Source of the DNA: Antedon mediterranea
Taxonomy: Eukaryota; Animalia; Echinodermata
Direction of reading: 5' to 3'
NCBI RefSeq assembly: GCF_964355755.1
Contig: NC_092674.1
Coordinates: 11,904,001-11,968,000, forward strand
DNA length: 64,000 bases
Shown: positions 51,910 through 63,609 of the stretch, piece after piece
Numbering within the stretch: the stretch's first letter is position 1
Layout: the number at the start of each line of letters is the position of its first letter
Made by a program: the position numbers and the translations under genes
The notes under the pieces: model-generated
What the model saw: the letters and a program-made list of their open reading frames with translations, nothing else
Databases searched by the model: none
Told to the model about the DNA's origin: nothing

Positions 51910-54900
51910 TTATCGTGGTTTAACTATTTTAAGGAATGCTCCTGGAACGTTCTTTGATGGGTCTTCTGATTGAATTAGTGTCGCATCGCCATTCTCTATC
52001 GCAAGATAAGTATCTATGCAAAAAAGAAATAATAATCCTGATGTAAAATCAACAATTAGTTTTCATTAATGTAAATTTGAGATTGCATTTCATCAGCTAG
52101 TGACAAAAGGAGAAGATTTTAGTAGCCATGAAGGCTAATTTATACAGACGAGATGTATCAGCAGGCGGAAAACAAACAATATAGAATCTATGTCTTCATA
52201 TGACCATTTACACAAAATGCAGAGTGGACCACCGGTGTCTGTTTAAATTGGCCTGAATAGTTATAACACCCATTTGAATCATTAATTTGTATCATGAGCT
52301 GTGCAATATCTTCTCCCATTTCAATGCATTTTGTGTGCTATTGCATGGTCAGCTTTTTGCAAACTGTAATGGCTATGCCTAACATATCACTACTAGATGA
52401 GTATTAATATAATAAGTAATATTTTATGTATAATTTTCTTACACTATTTTTAATACAGTTATGGTAAAAACAGCTTCTTCGGGAGAACATTTAAATTAAT
52501 TTGACATACCTGGTTTATTGACAGCTTGAAACAGCCAACTGTTTGTGTTACTCTCAGAAATTAAGTAAAAGAACCGATTATCATCAGGCTTCAACTCGAT
52601 CACCTGATTATTTAAAAGGTCACTACCATTCTTTAAAAAAAAAAAATTCAAAATCATGTTCGACATTAAACTCCACACATATTAACATTTTGGTTTTTAC
52701 TGTTCCGCATTAAATGCGTACTACCATTTTATAACATGTTTTGGAGTGAATACTACAGATCACGTGGTCTCCAGGAGAAACGTAGCTCGCATTATTCAGA
52801 ATTTAGATGCAAATAATCATCACATATATCATGAATTGCGATGGCACATACATACTACTACTACTACAACCATGGCAATTTCAGTCAGATAAAGATGAAG
52901 AGGTGAAGCCGAGTGAAAATAGAACCTTATCTCATCAAATTATTTGTACCATTGCACTAATACTTGCACAATATTTGTATATTTTAGTGAAATATAGAAT
53001 TATTATGAATGAGAACAGCAAACAAAATACATTTAAACAAAATAAAATAGGATGTTTATAAACTTTAAAACAAAAGATATCAGACAATCAATCTAACAAT
53101 ATATACTGTAAAGTGTAAACCATATTACCTTTAGCTCTATATTCTGACCACTGGAACTGGATGTGATGCACGATTCAGAATCCTTGTGTACTACTGCACA
53201 TACCTGCTTTCTCTCATCATTTAAAAACTTATTGACAACAAAAAGTCCTGAAAAGAATAACATAATAGAACCGTTTTTAATATTGTGATATGATTGTTAT
53301 TTGTAAAAATAATTATTAAAACCAAATTATAATAATTTCAATTTCTTTTTATAACAACATTGTTATTCAAACCATAAATTCTATACAAATATTTACATTA
53401 TTTTATGTTTTGAGATACACCCCTATTAAGAAGAAATTTGTCTGTGAAACCTAGGGGAGCAATATTTGTTTTAACTTTACTGACAACCATTTAGGGGACA
53501 CACCAAGAGAACACTTTGTTGGGTTCTACACTAACTGTGCATTTTATACGTCATGAGGTAATTTCCCGATTGATCGTAATCAAAACGGTACTGGGTTTGG
53601 TCTACTAGCGTTCCTGCTCCCAACCAGTACATCCATTCATAGAAGCCTTAATGAAGTATCGTAAGCCTACCTGGTGGTGGCCATAGAACGGTCCCGAGAT
53701 AACGACTATACTTCGGCTTTAGTCGATAGAAGATTGAATAAATTGTTAGAGATAGAGTATACGATGTTATGATTATGTGTAGATATGTGATTTGTTCTTT
53801 ATATTCCAATGATGTTATGTATTTAATAAATTTGTTATATCAATTAATTAAATTATCGTAGATTGCATATTATGCGATGAATATTATTTAATAAATTTTT
53901 GATATTATTATTATTATTATTATTCTTTTATTTCATATAAAACATCAAAAAAACATTAGACACCACCATGCCACAAGTTACCACTAGTGGCCAAAGGCCA
54001 GATTGTGGGTAACTTTTACATGCATGTACCAAGACCAATAAAAATATACAAAATAGAAACATACAAAATAATAAATTATACAAAAATGAGTGAAAATCAG
54101 GCGTTAAGCAGGCGGATAAAATAAGGGATTGGGCTGTTACTGAAATATTATTTATTAGATATTATTAGATATATTATTATTATTATATTAATAAAAAAGA
54201 TATTTGTTAGTATAAATTAAAAAATATAGATATAAGGAAGAAAAGCAAAGAGATTATGGAGCGGCTGTACCAGAATATACAACACTAAGTATTGTAAAGT
54301 TAATATATTAAAAATTTAGGCGATCTTGTCAAAGATTATAATCTGTAAAACTTTATGGTCCAACAAATTACCCCAATAAACCACACCACCAATAATGAAC
54401 CACAGCAAACCCCAATGAACCACTGTACAACGAATTACCCCAATGAACCACAGGGTATCCCACCAATAATGAACCACAGCAAACCCCAATGAATCAGTGT
54501 CCGACGAATAACCCAATGAACCACAGCGTATCCCACCAATAATGAACCACAGCAAACCAAAATGAATCAGTGTCCAACGAATTACCCCAATCAACCACCA
54601 CAGTGAACCAAAATGAACCACAGCGTATCCCACCAATAATGAATCACAGCGTATCCCACCAATAATGAACCACAGCAAACCCCAATGAATCAGTATCCAA
54701 CGAATTACCCCAATGATCTACAGCGTATCCTACCAATAATGAACCACAGCAAACCCCAATGAATCAGTGTCCGACGAATTACCCCAATGAACCACAGTGA
54801 ACCCCAATGAAGCACAGCAAACCCCAATGAATCAGTGTCCGACGAATTACCCCAATCAACCACAGCGTACCCAAATGAACCATGACGTACCCCACCAATA

Positions 54901-55371
54901 ATGAACCACAGCAAACCCCAATGAATCAGTGTCCGACGAATTACCCCAATGAACCACAGTGAACCCCAATGAAGCACAGTGTATCCCACCAATAATGAAC
55001 CAACAGCAAACCTCAATGAACCAGTGTCCGACGAATTAGCCCAATCTAATCAACTGCATCGGATCCCAGACTTATCTCAAAAAGCATGGGATGGTGATCA
55101 TTAAACGTGACTTAGTCTCTTAGGCCTATGTCTTGAAATGGTCACTGGTTCATTCGCATCGGTTCATTAGGATTCGCTGTGGTTCGTTGGGGTAATTCGT
55201 TGGACCACAACTTATATAAGCTTCTGACAAATTGAATGTTCACAAACCATCTTGTCCTTCAATACTCTTGGTTGCACATAACTTGTTTGCATTGTTCACT
55301 TTTAAATACTCAGCTTTTGTTCCTGGTCTGTAAATCATTAGATGTTGTGAATCCACTTTTAATAGGGACAT
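51910..55371 (-). CDS. Leaderless 155-aa beta-trefoil cytokine-like protein (interleukin-1 family-like)
   Basis: Exons 55371-55248, 53247-53129, 52630-52510, 52013-51910; canonical AG/GT sites, intron phases 1,0,1, no stops. Protein: MSLLKVDSQHLMIYRPGTKAEYLKVNNANKLCATKSIEGQDGLFVVNKFLNDERKQVCAVVHKDSESCITSSSSGQNIELKNGSDLLNNQVIELKPDDNRFFYLISESNTNSWLFQAVNKPDTYLAIENGDATLIQSEDPSKNVPGAFLKIVKPR. The gene model is strong; the family call is from by-eye alignment. Confidence 0.75.
53900..54140 (-). mobile_element. LINE 3' terminus
   Basis: Minus strand encodes NSPIPYFIRLLN (conserved LINE ORF2 C-terminal motif), then AATAAA and an (AAT)n tail. Confidence 0.6.
54357..55206. mobile_element. TIR element whose left arm is expanded into a complex minisatellite
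   Basis: Starts GGTCCAACAAATTACCCCAAT and ends TTGGGGTAATTCGTTGGACC. 54360-55050 is built from AATGAACCACAG / CGAATTACCCC / ATCCCACCAAT modules. Confidence 0.75.
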
Positions 55372-55409
55372 GTTTCCTAACTGCAAATATAAAAAAAAAA
55401 CAAAGTTTA

Positions 55410-56870
55410 GGATCAGGTGCCGTTTTCGGCCACCTCGACTTGTATGGACTATACCATTATTATGATAGGGGTGTGGTGTATTATGTTTTATGTAGAGAAG
55501 GGTGTCTATTGAATGGGAAGACAATACAATTGTTCTGTTATGTAACCTACAATACAGAACATCAAAAACTAGCAAGCATGTAATTTTTATAAGGCATGTT
55601 ATTATTAGGTACTGTGTTACGGAATGCCAAGATTTTGTAACAATATTAACTATATAAGTAGGTAACTTACTTACTATATTTATATAAAAACTAAACTAAA
55701 CACTACAGTATAATCAAAATTAAAACATATTAAATACTATGTTAATATGCCTATCTGGATTTAAACACAATAAATTTTAGTACATATCACAATCGGAAAT
55801 AAAAAATCTTAAATACTACAGTACAATCGATATTAAAATATCCTAAATACTACATTACAATCGGTTAAATTACCAAAACTCTATAATGTTGTGAAATATG
55901 TAAAAGAATGTTGGCAAATCGGCCCAATCCTATCGGTAGATAAATCATATTTTTTATTTGCAAGGGATAAATCCAAACAACATGGATTTGAACCTAAGAA
56001 CCTGGAATCGGTAGACGAGTATAATTGAAGATTCATTGACATATAATTTAATGTTTTTTGTTTGTTTTACTGATCACCTGATACATTTACATTTAATGCT
56101 AATGTAAAACGAATAGTAGATACAGAAACTATGGAGGAATTCCTCCATGCAGAAACAAACTAATAACAAATTCATTGACATAATTTTATGTTTATTTGTT
56201 CTACTGATTACCTGATACATTTAATGTTAAATGTAAATAAATGAAACGATTGTAGATACAGAAACAAAATGGTAACAGATTCATGGACGACTTAATTATA
56301 TGTATTTTTGTTTTACGATGACTCGACAATAGTTGGACTTATAACAATGATTATTCTCTGTACCTTTCTGAGATTATTCGATTTACCGATTATGGCAACA
56401 ATTTTCTTGAACTAAACATAAATAAAACGAAAGAAATAAGGATTGATTTTCGAAAACAAAATTGGTCTGACAGTATACTAATATTAATTAAAGGAAAGGA
56501 AGTAGAGATTGTTAACAATTATAAGTATCTGGGAGTAGTGTTTGACTAAAGTTCAATATCCACCTTAGGGAATCCACCTAATATATCCATATTATTAGGG
56601 AAGGATACCTACAAATTATATAGAAAAGTGCCATAATACGGGCCATAATATACTGTATTAACTTGAAAACTGAAATTAATTCTACAGCGTGTAGGGCGTA
56701 GTTGTTTTCCCTTTGTTGCTGAAACATAATGCACTAAACAAAAGAACAAAAGCAGCAGTATTTTAACACATTAGCACACTAAATTAATAAATGGGACACC
56801 CCTATTTTCCCATCTTTTTATAATGGTATAGTCCATACAAGTCAAGGTGCCCGAAAACGGCACCTGATCC
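55410..56870. mobile_element. Mutator-like (MULE) non-autonomous element with perfect 9-bp TSD
   Basis: TIR GGATCAGGTGCCGTTTTCGG.CACCT.GACTTGTATGGACTATACCATTAT at both ends. CAAAGTTTA at 55401-55409 and 56871-56879. Confidence 0.9.
56300..56548 (+). mobile_element. LINE reverse-transcriptase fragment (Rex1/Babar-like)
   Basis: YDDSTIVGLI, then NNFLELNINKTKEIRIDFRK...VEIVNNYKYLGVVFD* (decayed YADD motif and the following RT region). Confidence 0.75.
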
Positions 56871-57142
56871 CAAAGTTTATATCTATAGAAAATGTTGATC
56901 AATATAAATAATGATATAAAAAAGTGATTAAAAAAACACTTTTTCTTAATTGAATGAAAAAGAATTCCATTCCACATTTAATACTTAATTTAATATTAAA
57001 CAGGTTTATTGTCCAGTCTTGTATTGTATTTTGTATACAAAATAAACTGTCATTTTTAGTTCCTGCTGGTTGACAGATAAATCAGGCAGTTGTTAAAAGA
57101 TACATCAGGGAGTTGTTAAAACATACATCAGGGAGTTGTTAA

Positions 57143-57771
57143 AGCCCCATTCCCTACGTTTTTCAGATCTAATTTAAGATCACAAACTATATTTAATGTA
57201 AAAATAATACTATAATATGGTCCTATTGCGATAACTTTTTTCGTCTTTAAACGGTTAAAAATGTGAAAAATAAATTGATTCTAATAATTATAGCGGCCCG
57301 CTATAAATCCCAAAATGCATTACGCGCGGATTGATATTTTTGTTTTTCACCTGTAATTCGCCCACTTTTCGATCGATCGTGAAGCCAAAACAAATGGAAG
57401 ACTCCTAACTTTTCAGCGAAAATACCGGGTTTTCCCCAATTTGTATCAACGGAGTCTGGCAAAAATAGAAAGACAATTAATGCAGCAATTATACAACGTC
57501 AGGCTAGGTATATAGCTAGCGTACGATGTTCGTACGTTATCGATGTTTACCAGCTAGGCCTACAAAACTAAGCCTAGCTGGGCTAGGCCTAAGACCGTCC
57601 ACGAGAGGTCGATCGCCGCGAGCTACTTAGGTAGTGCATTGTTTCTCACTTTTTATCATAATTTACCATAAAACGTACATTTAAGACAAGGAATGACATG
57701 GTTTAATGTTTTTAAAGTGATATATATGTATTAATTTCCAAAAAACGTCCAAAATTGCAGGGAAGGGGTCT
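57143..57771. mobile_element. Kolobok-type MITE (copy 3, longest)
   Basis: TTAA|AGCCCCATTCCCTAC ... GCAGGGAAGGGGTCT|TTAA. Carries about 80 bp (about 57413-57493) missing from copy 2. Confidence 0.88.
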
Positions 57772-58431
57772 TTAAATCCTGTGGTTGATACTGAGTTAAC
57801 TGTCATAAGTACAGTACCTATCTGTCAACCCTTTACACATTTAAATTATAATACTTAGAGGTCTAGATACTAACTATCTATGTACTATTATTTAATTAGT
57901 AATTTAGATTGGCTAGTTTATGCCATGCACTATTATCATCGCCAGCGTTAGAACTACTACTACTAGGCCTAGGTAGAAGTAGTAGTACTCGGTCAGTACT
58001 AGTACTCTAGGCTAGTTAGTAGGCCTCTACCCAGCTAGAGAAGTACAGAACAGTACTGACTGAGTACTACCAACTCCCTAGCTCGCATTTTACTATCATC
58101 TACTAGGCGCCTAGCCTAGTCCAATTGGCAGGCAGACATGCCCTTTCAGATAGACTACTACTACTAGTGAGGAGTACTATACTACTACTACTAGCAGAGA
58201 GAGGCCTAGTAGGCCTAGGCCTAGATAGGCCTTCCTTGGCCTGCCTAACCCAGCGTTAGCTGATCACTTCGGCCGCCAGAAGTTAATCATGTTACTTGTT
58301 AGGCTAGGCCTAGTATAGGGGGCCTAAGTAGAAAAAAAAACATAACAACATACATTATTGATACTATTGGATCAGGTGCCGTTTTATTATTATTACTGTC
58401 AAGATTCTTCTACTGCTGTTCGTCTGATTAC

Positions 58432-58535
58432 CAATGCGAATCTCCACATTTTTAGTTGACAAAAGTAATATTTATAGTTTTAATTCCTTTTGTGATGTAC
58501 ACACACGTGCGTGGGGATGATATGCGTCACGTGAC
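58432..58535 (-). promoter_or_regulatory. Candidate promoter/first exon of the IL-1-like gene
   Basis: Palindromic GTCACGTGAC (58526-35), a second CACGTG, TATAAATA on the minus strand (58476-69) and a GTAATC donor at 58431. Confidence 0.35.
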
Positions 58536-59022
58536 TCCTCAGTAAAATCAAAGATAGTGTACACTATCTTTTGGTAACGTCATAGGTTATTTTTAATTCA
58601 TGATGATCAATGCTAAATGATTCAATATTTCGAAAAGTTGCCATATAGATAATTAAAAATATTGAGAACATTTTAATTTTGAACCGTACAAAATGTGGAT
58701 CTAAATCTATTATCTAACTTACAATGTAGGCCTATAGGCCTAAGTCGTACCAAAGTATCTCGTAGTAGAGTCAAAGGGCGGCGACATCAAGGGTTAGGCC
58801 TATAGTCACTATTAAAAATGAACCATTCAACCGAAATCATACACTGCACACAGAAATCATTGGGGCCTATTTCTATATTAAGTTTGCCACTACACGATGG
58901 GCCTATATTCACAGTTTGATTTTATTCATGACTCGGGACTCAGTAGCCTATTTCATGAAATTGTAAGTTAAAATTAGGCCTAAGAAAAAATCAAATAGAC
59001 CTATAGTGGCCTCATCAATAAG

Positions 59023-59176
59023 CAGTGTGGCCAGCGAGCGAAATGAAATTATGCTAGGTGGCAGCACAAAATTATGCCAGATTATGCCAGACACAATTAA
59101 GGCTAAAAGTGCACCAAAACAGTGAATAAGAGGGCGGTTTATGTGTATGTTTTATGTACCACAAGGTGGGAAGCCA

Positions 59177-59207
<31 letters not shown>

Positions 59208-59437
59208 CTTCGGGTTTTCAGCCAAATTATGCTAGATTGTGTACAAATTATGCCAGATTTTTTCGCAATTATGCCAGATAATATGCTAATTCGTGGTGAA
59301 TATGTTGTATGTTTGCGTTTTTCAAATTATGCCAGATTATGCCAGATTTCCTAAAATTATGCCTAGCATAAATGCCAGATGCCAGATGGGTCAAAATTAT
59401 GCCAGACGGCATAATTATGCCAGATTTGGCCACTATG
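59023..59437. mobile_element. hAT-type MITE with perfect 8-bp TSD
   Basis: CAGTGTGGCCA ... TGGCCACTATG, flanked by TCAATAAG at 59015-22 and 59438-45. Many AATTATGCCAGA subterminal repeats. Confidence 0.9.
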
Positions 59438-61042
59438 TCAATAAGTCGTATCCAAGCAGACTATGTAACTATATTCATTATTAATGTAAATGTTATTATA
59501 CTTTCTGGGTTTTTGCCTCTTAATTTTTTATATTTAAATTGTTATTTTGTATACTTCAAAGATAAGAAATAAATGTAATTATGAATGAATTATATAGGTT
59601 ACAAAATAAAAAATCAATAGGCCTACTTCAAGTAAATTTAGGAAAGGCCTACTATTTGTTTTAGGAACCTAACTGCACACCATATATGTATACCGGTAAA
59701 TAGTTCCAGCCTACTCACAGGTCCGTATTGCTCACTACCGAACATAAGTCTAAATTGACGTCATTAAAATGTATGACGTGAAAAAGTAGGCCCGGATAAG
59801 GCCATGAGGAAATTGTCGCCTGTTCTCTCCCTCTGACATAATAAATGTCTTAGGCCTATAGGCCCCGCTATAGGCTGAATAATTTCGTTGAATCACAGTA
59901 AGAACAGAAAAAAAAAAAATAAACATGCGTTCGACCGTCTTATAACAAAAGTTAATTCTCTGCACTGAAATGCGAAGTTGTTATTGTAGATCTATTCATT
60001 TTAAAGGTATAGCCTATTTGGAGGATTTATAAAGATAGAGGCATTAGCAATCGGTGTGATCTATTCAATAATGATGCACCCGCGTGTCACGATGTACGTA
60101 AGATGATAAAGTGGGACTTATACTATTGGGACACACCGACCGCGGTTGATAGACTTTTTCATTCTTTATAAGCATATTGCGTAATGATGAAAACGAAAGT
60201 AGGTCTAACAAGAATTGGGGTGTTATACTCCCACGAAAAGATTATCTGTTATACAACACAACTTTAACATTAAACAAAAAAAACAAAAGCAAATACGACT
60301 TAACTTAACGATATAATATGAAAGATTAAGAAGAAATTACAATTTAATATGAACGTCATTTTTCATATTAACACGTTAATAAGAAAAATGATACGGATTC
60401 TGATACTCGGGCTTATTTGAGTATCAATCAAAGCATTGATTGCGTACGTCCGGGTTATTTACAGTTTACGAATCTGATCGCGTAAATAAGATAAGTTAAT
60501 TCACTAATAAAATATCAGGAGACGTAATCAAAAGATACGTCTATAGGCCTATGTATAGCATTTTAATTGGATGGTGCATATTTTGAATATAATTCCAGGA
60601 CAAAAACGTGGGAGGAAGGGTAGGCCTATAACATCACGGATTATATTTTTTAGGAAAATCAATTGTTGCACAAGGATTAGGTGTACTGATGGAAGATCAA
60701 AGCCCACCTTCCAAAAATATTGCACAAAATCATGAAACCGCTGTTTATTTAGGCCGCTATTATGTTGAAAGTTCGAATTATGCGGAAGGCATACTAGGCC
60801 TACACCAAGACAATCTAACAATTACAGAACACTGAGCTCGCCTTGCCAAGATAGGAACTCGTAACAGTATGTTGATCTTATGACTGGCTCCGACAAATAC
60901 AAACAGTAGGCCTATAGTACTATATATATTCTCCTCCTCGGCGCGCGAAGGGGTGTGGAACTTATCGTTCCGCAGCCACAGATAAACCATTTAATTCTCG
61001 GAGCTCAGTTGCTTGTTGTTATATTGCATTGATTTCCGAGAA

Positions 61043-61400
61043 CATTATTATTATTATTATTTATTGCCAAAAACTAGTTACAAACAAACAAGAACACAGA
61101 AACTAAGGGAGTAGGCAGGAACCTAAAAGTGAACCTAATCACTATAACAAGAGTTCAGGTTCCGAACTCCCAAAGTAACAACATGTCGCTATGAGTCTGC
61201 TACTCCAGTTGCTCTCCTGTAATTTGATAATTAACCGTGTCGAGAATTTTCCCATGTTTGAACGGCCAAAATGAGGTTTGTCCTGCAAATTTCGACATGT
61301 GCTGGTGGAAAAAAAAGAAGATTGAACACTTTCCTTATTTTCACCGCCGGAGCTGAACGTGTGTTGAGAGTGAAACCAAAGGCACGACGAATACTTTTCC
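61043..61400 (-). mobile_element. Probable LINE 3' end remnant
   Basis: HFGRSNMGKFS-like coding remnant, a GGAACCT/AGGTTCC hairpin, and AATAAA followed by an (AAT)n tail on the minus strand. Confidence 0.45.
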
Positions 61401-62047
61401 TGCATAAAGATTTCCGAATTGGCTTTACGTACGTCGTTACGTCAACAAACCTTCTGGGGGGATTTGCACGCATAATGAATGTGTATTATTAAGAAATTGC
61501 GTTTCGATTGACTTATTCGACAGATTAGTTGGCACACACGATGTAAATTTGTTGATCGGTGTTCTTAGTTTGAATCTTCCGTGCCACTATTTATTGTAAT
61601 TTCGAAAGCTCTGTCTAGACTATCAAACTTTTATGTGACAAACAATTTGATATGCCCAAATATGGTAGTAATATGATGTCATCGTGAACGTAACATGGGC
61701 ACATCACATTTTGTCACATTAATTGTGATAGTCTATTCTTTAGAGAGAGCTTTGGTTGGTGATAATAAGAACACAACAAATTTATTTGTCGAACAAAATA
61801 TCACGGTATGAAAAGGTGTGCTTGTGTAGAGGGTCAAACACGGTAAGTGTAGGCCTTGGTGAAAAATGCAGATCAACTAAATTCAATGAACAAGTCAGAC
61901 AGTGTGTAGTACTAAAATTGTAAATGATGATTATATTGATAACAATATCATGACGAGATCGTTGATTTCGTTGTGTCTTGAATAATGAATGACTGTATCA
62001 TCACAAACTAACTTTACATAATGTTAAACTCACTGGCATTCAAGAGG

Positions 62048-62558
62048 CAGGTTTTGCAACATTACGAACACGATAACGAACAATCCGACCAAACGAGAAC
62101 CTAAAACTGCTATTTATTCAAATTTTCGTCAATTTAACAATAATATTATATTGTTTGAAGGTTTTTTGCATGGCGAATCAAATGTTAATATACATTTTGC
62201 GGTACACCACGTATATGAGGACGATCAAAGGATATTGATCGAAACGTCGAGAAACTCAACAGTTCTTCAGAACTAATATACATGGTGTACTGCAAAATTG
62301 ATATCAACAATAATAATATTAATAATAATATCCTTGATTTATAAAACGCCTAATGTTGTAAAACGTCTAAGCGCTGTACATATTATTAGCCGAATCATAC
62401 TGCCATAATGCAGCCAGTAATGTGTGTCTTACCAGGTACCAATTTGTTATCTCTTACTAAATACCATTGCTGATATTAAAAAATAGTTAAAAAGTTTAAG
62501 AAAAAGTATGACATCGTACCCGTTTTTATTACCGTTTTCGTAAAGGTTGCAAAACCTG
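62048..62558. mobile_element. MITE related to 7374-7854, with an internal SINE tail
   Basis: CAGGTTTTGCAACATTACGAACACGATAA ... TTACCGTTTTCGTAAAGGTTGCAAAACCTG. Confidence 0.6.
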
Positions 62559-63232
62559 AATATTGATTATTTCGAAAATATTACTAAATTAATTTCATAT
62601 AGAATAATATGTATTTTACACATTTTCATAAATTAATTATACTGTGTGATACTGTGTGCTTGGACACTCGACTTTTAGAAGCTGTTTTCTAATAACATGA
62701 TTGTATACAGTAGAACCTATTGAGGGGACTCATTCGGTACCCAAACTGTCCCTTAATAGGGGCTGAAAATGATTGGCCCTCATTCATTTCACAGTGAAGG
62801 TGTCCCCTTATTAGGCGTGTCCCAAAGGAATGGTCCTACTAGTATTTAGAATAGATACATTCATAATATACTAAATTTTAGTCACAAGAATAGTACTTCA
62901 AAATACTGGCCACTATTTTTTAATGTCCTGTATGCATTATTTTTTCCTAAAATGTTCAGGCATAAATCATGATTTCTGCCTTTTAACATGTTGAGAGAAA
63001 AAGAAAGCTCAACATTATTCCATTCAGTAAAACATCTATGCCTCTATAAGGTCTTAATTTATGCCGTAATGTAATGCATTATTTTTTATTTATGTCATAC
63101 ATTATCTATGATTTCTGCCTTTTTTGTTGAGAAAAAATAAGCTCAACACTATTCAATTTAGTTTACAAAGCACCTTTTAACATGTCGAGAAAAAAATGCA
63201 TCCCTGCATCCTGTTTTCGTAGCCATTTTTGA

Positions 63233-63391
63233 TCATCGTTCTTGGACAAAGACAGTTTCACGTGGTACAAGACCAGCCTCTTCTAATGTTTTATCTGCAT
63301 CCATGTAAGATAGTTGACGCCTAGGATAATTGGTAACAAGCTCATACCTTTCACTGGAAAATCCATCCTTTGCCACACGTGTAATTAAATC
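63233..63391 (-). CDS. UBXN7: UBX domain-containing protein 7, last coding exon (rest of gene beyond window end)
   Basis: After a TTTTAG acceptor: DLITRVAKDGFSSERYELVTNYPRRQLSYMDADKTLEEAGLVPRETVFVQER*. Matches the recalled UBXN7 C-terminus (ERFELLTNFPRRKLS...TLQEAGLCPQETVFVQER). Not in the ORF track. Confidence 0.9.
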   Translation of the reverse strand, partial: DLITRVAKDGFSSERYELVTNYPRRQLSYMDADKTLEEAGLVPRETVFVQER

Positions 63392-63609
63392 CTAAAATCA
63401 AGTTATATTCAATTATTTAGTTACATTATATTGGCAATATGTTACAACTTAAAAAACTCAAAAAAGTCAAATTTCAACTATTTTCCTATATTAGTGAGTT
63501 CATTTTGTTTATCAGCTGTTAATGTGCCTCTCAAAGTACTTTCTTTGTACGACCACATAAGCGAATTCATCGCAGTCTAATAAGCGCCTCACCAACTTAA
63601 GCCGATAGA

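Noticed and set aside
54316-55016. ORFs of 120 and 103 aa
   Set aside because: They are translations of the minisatellite.
51910-55371. Calling the 155-aa protein an FGF
   Set aside because: FGFs share the trefoil and similar phase 1/0 introns, but the ECxFxE cysteine motif is replaced by NRFFY, and FQAVNKPDTYLA fits the IL-1 signature better. Disfavoured, not excluded.
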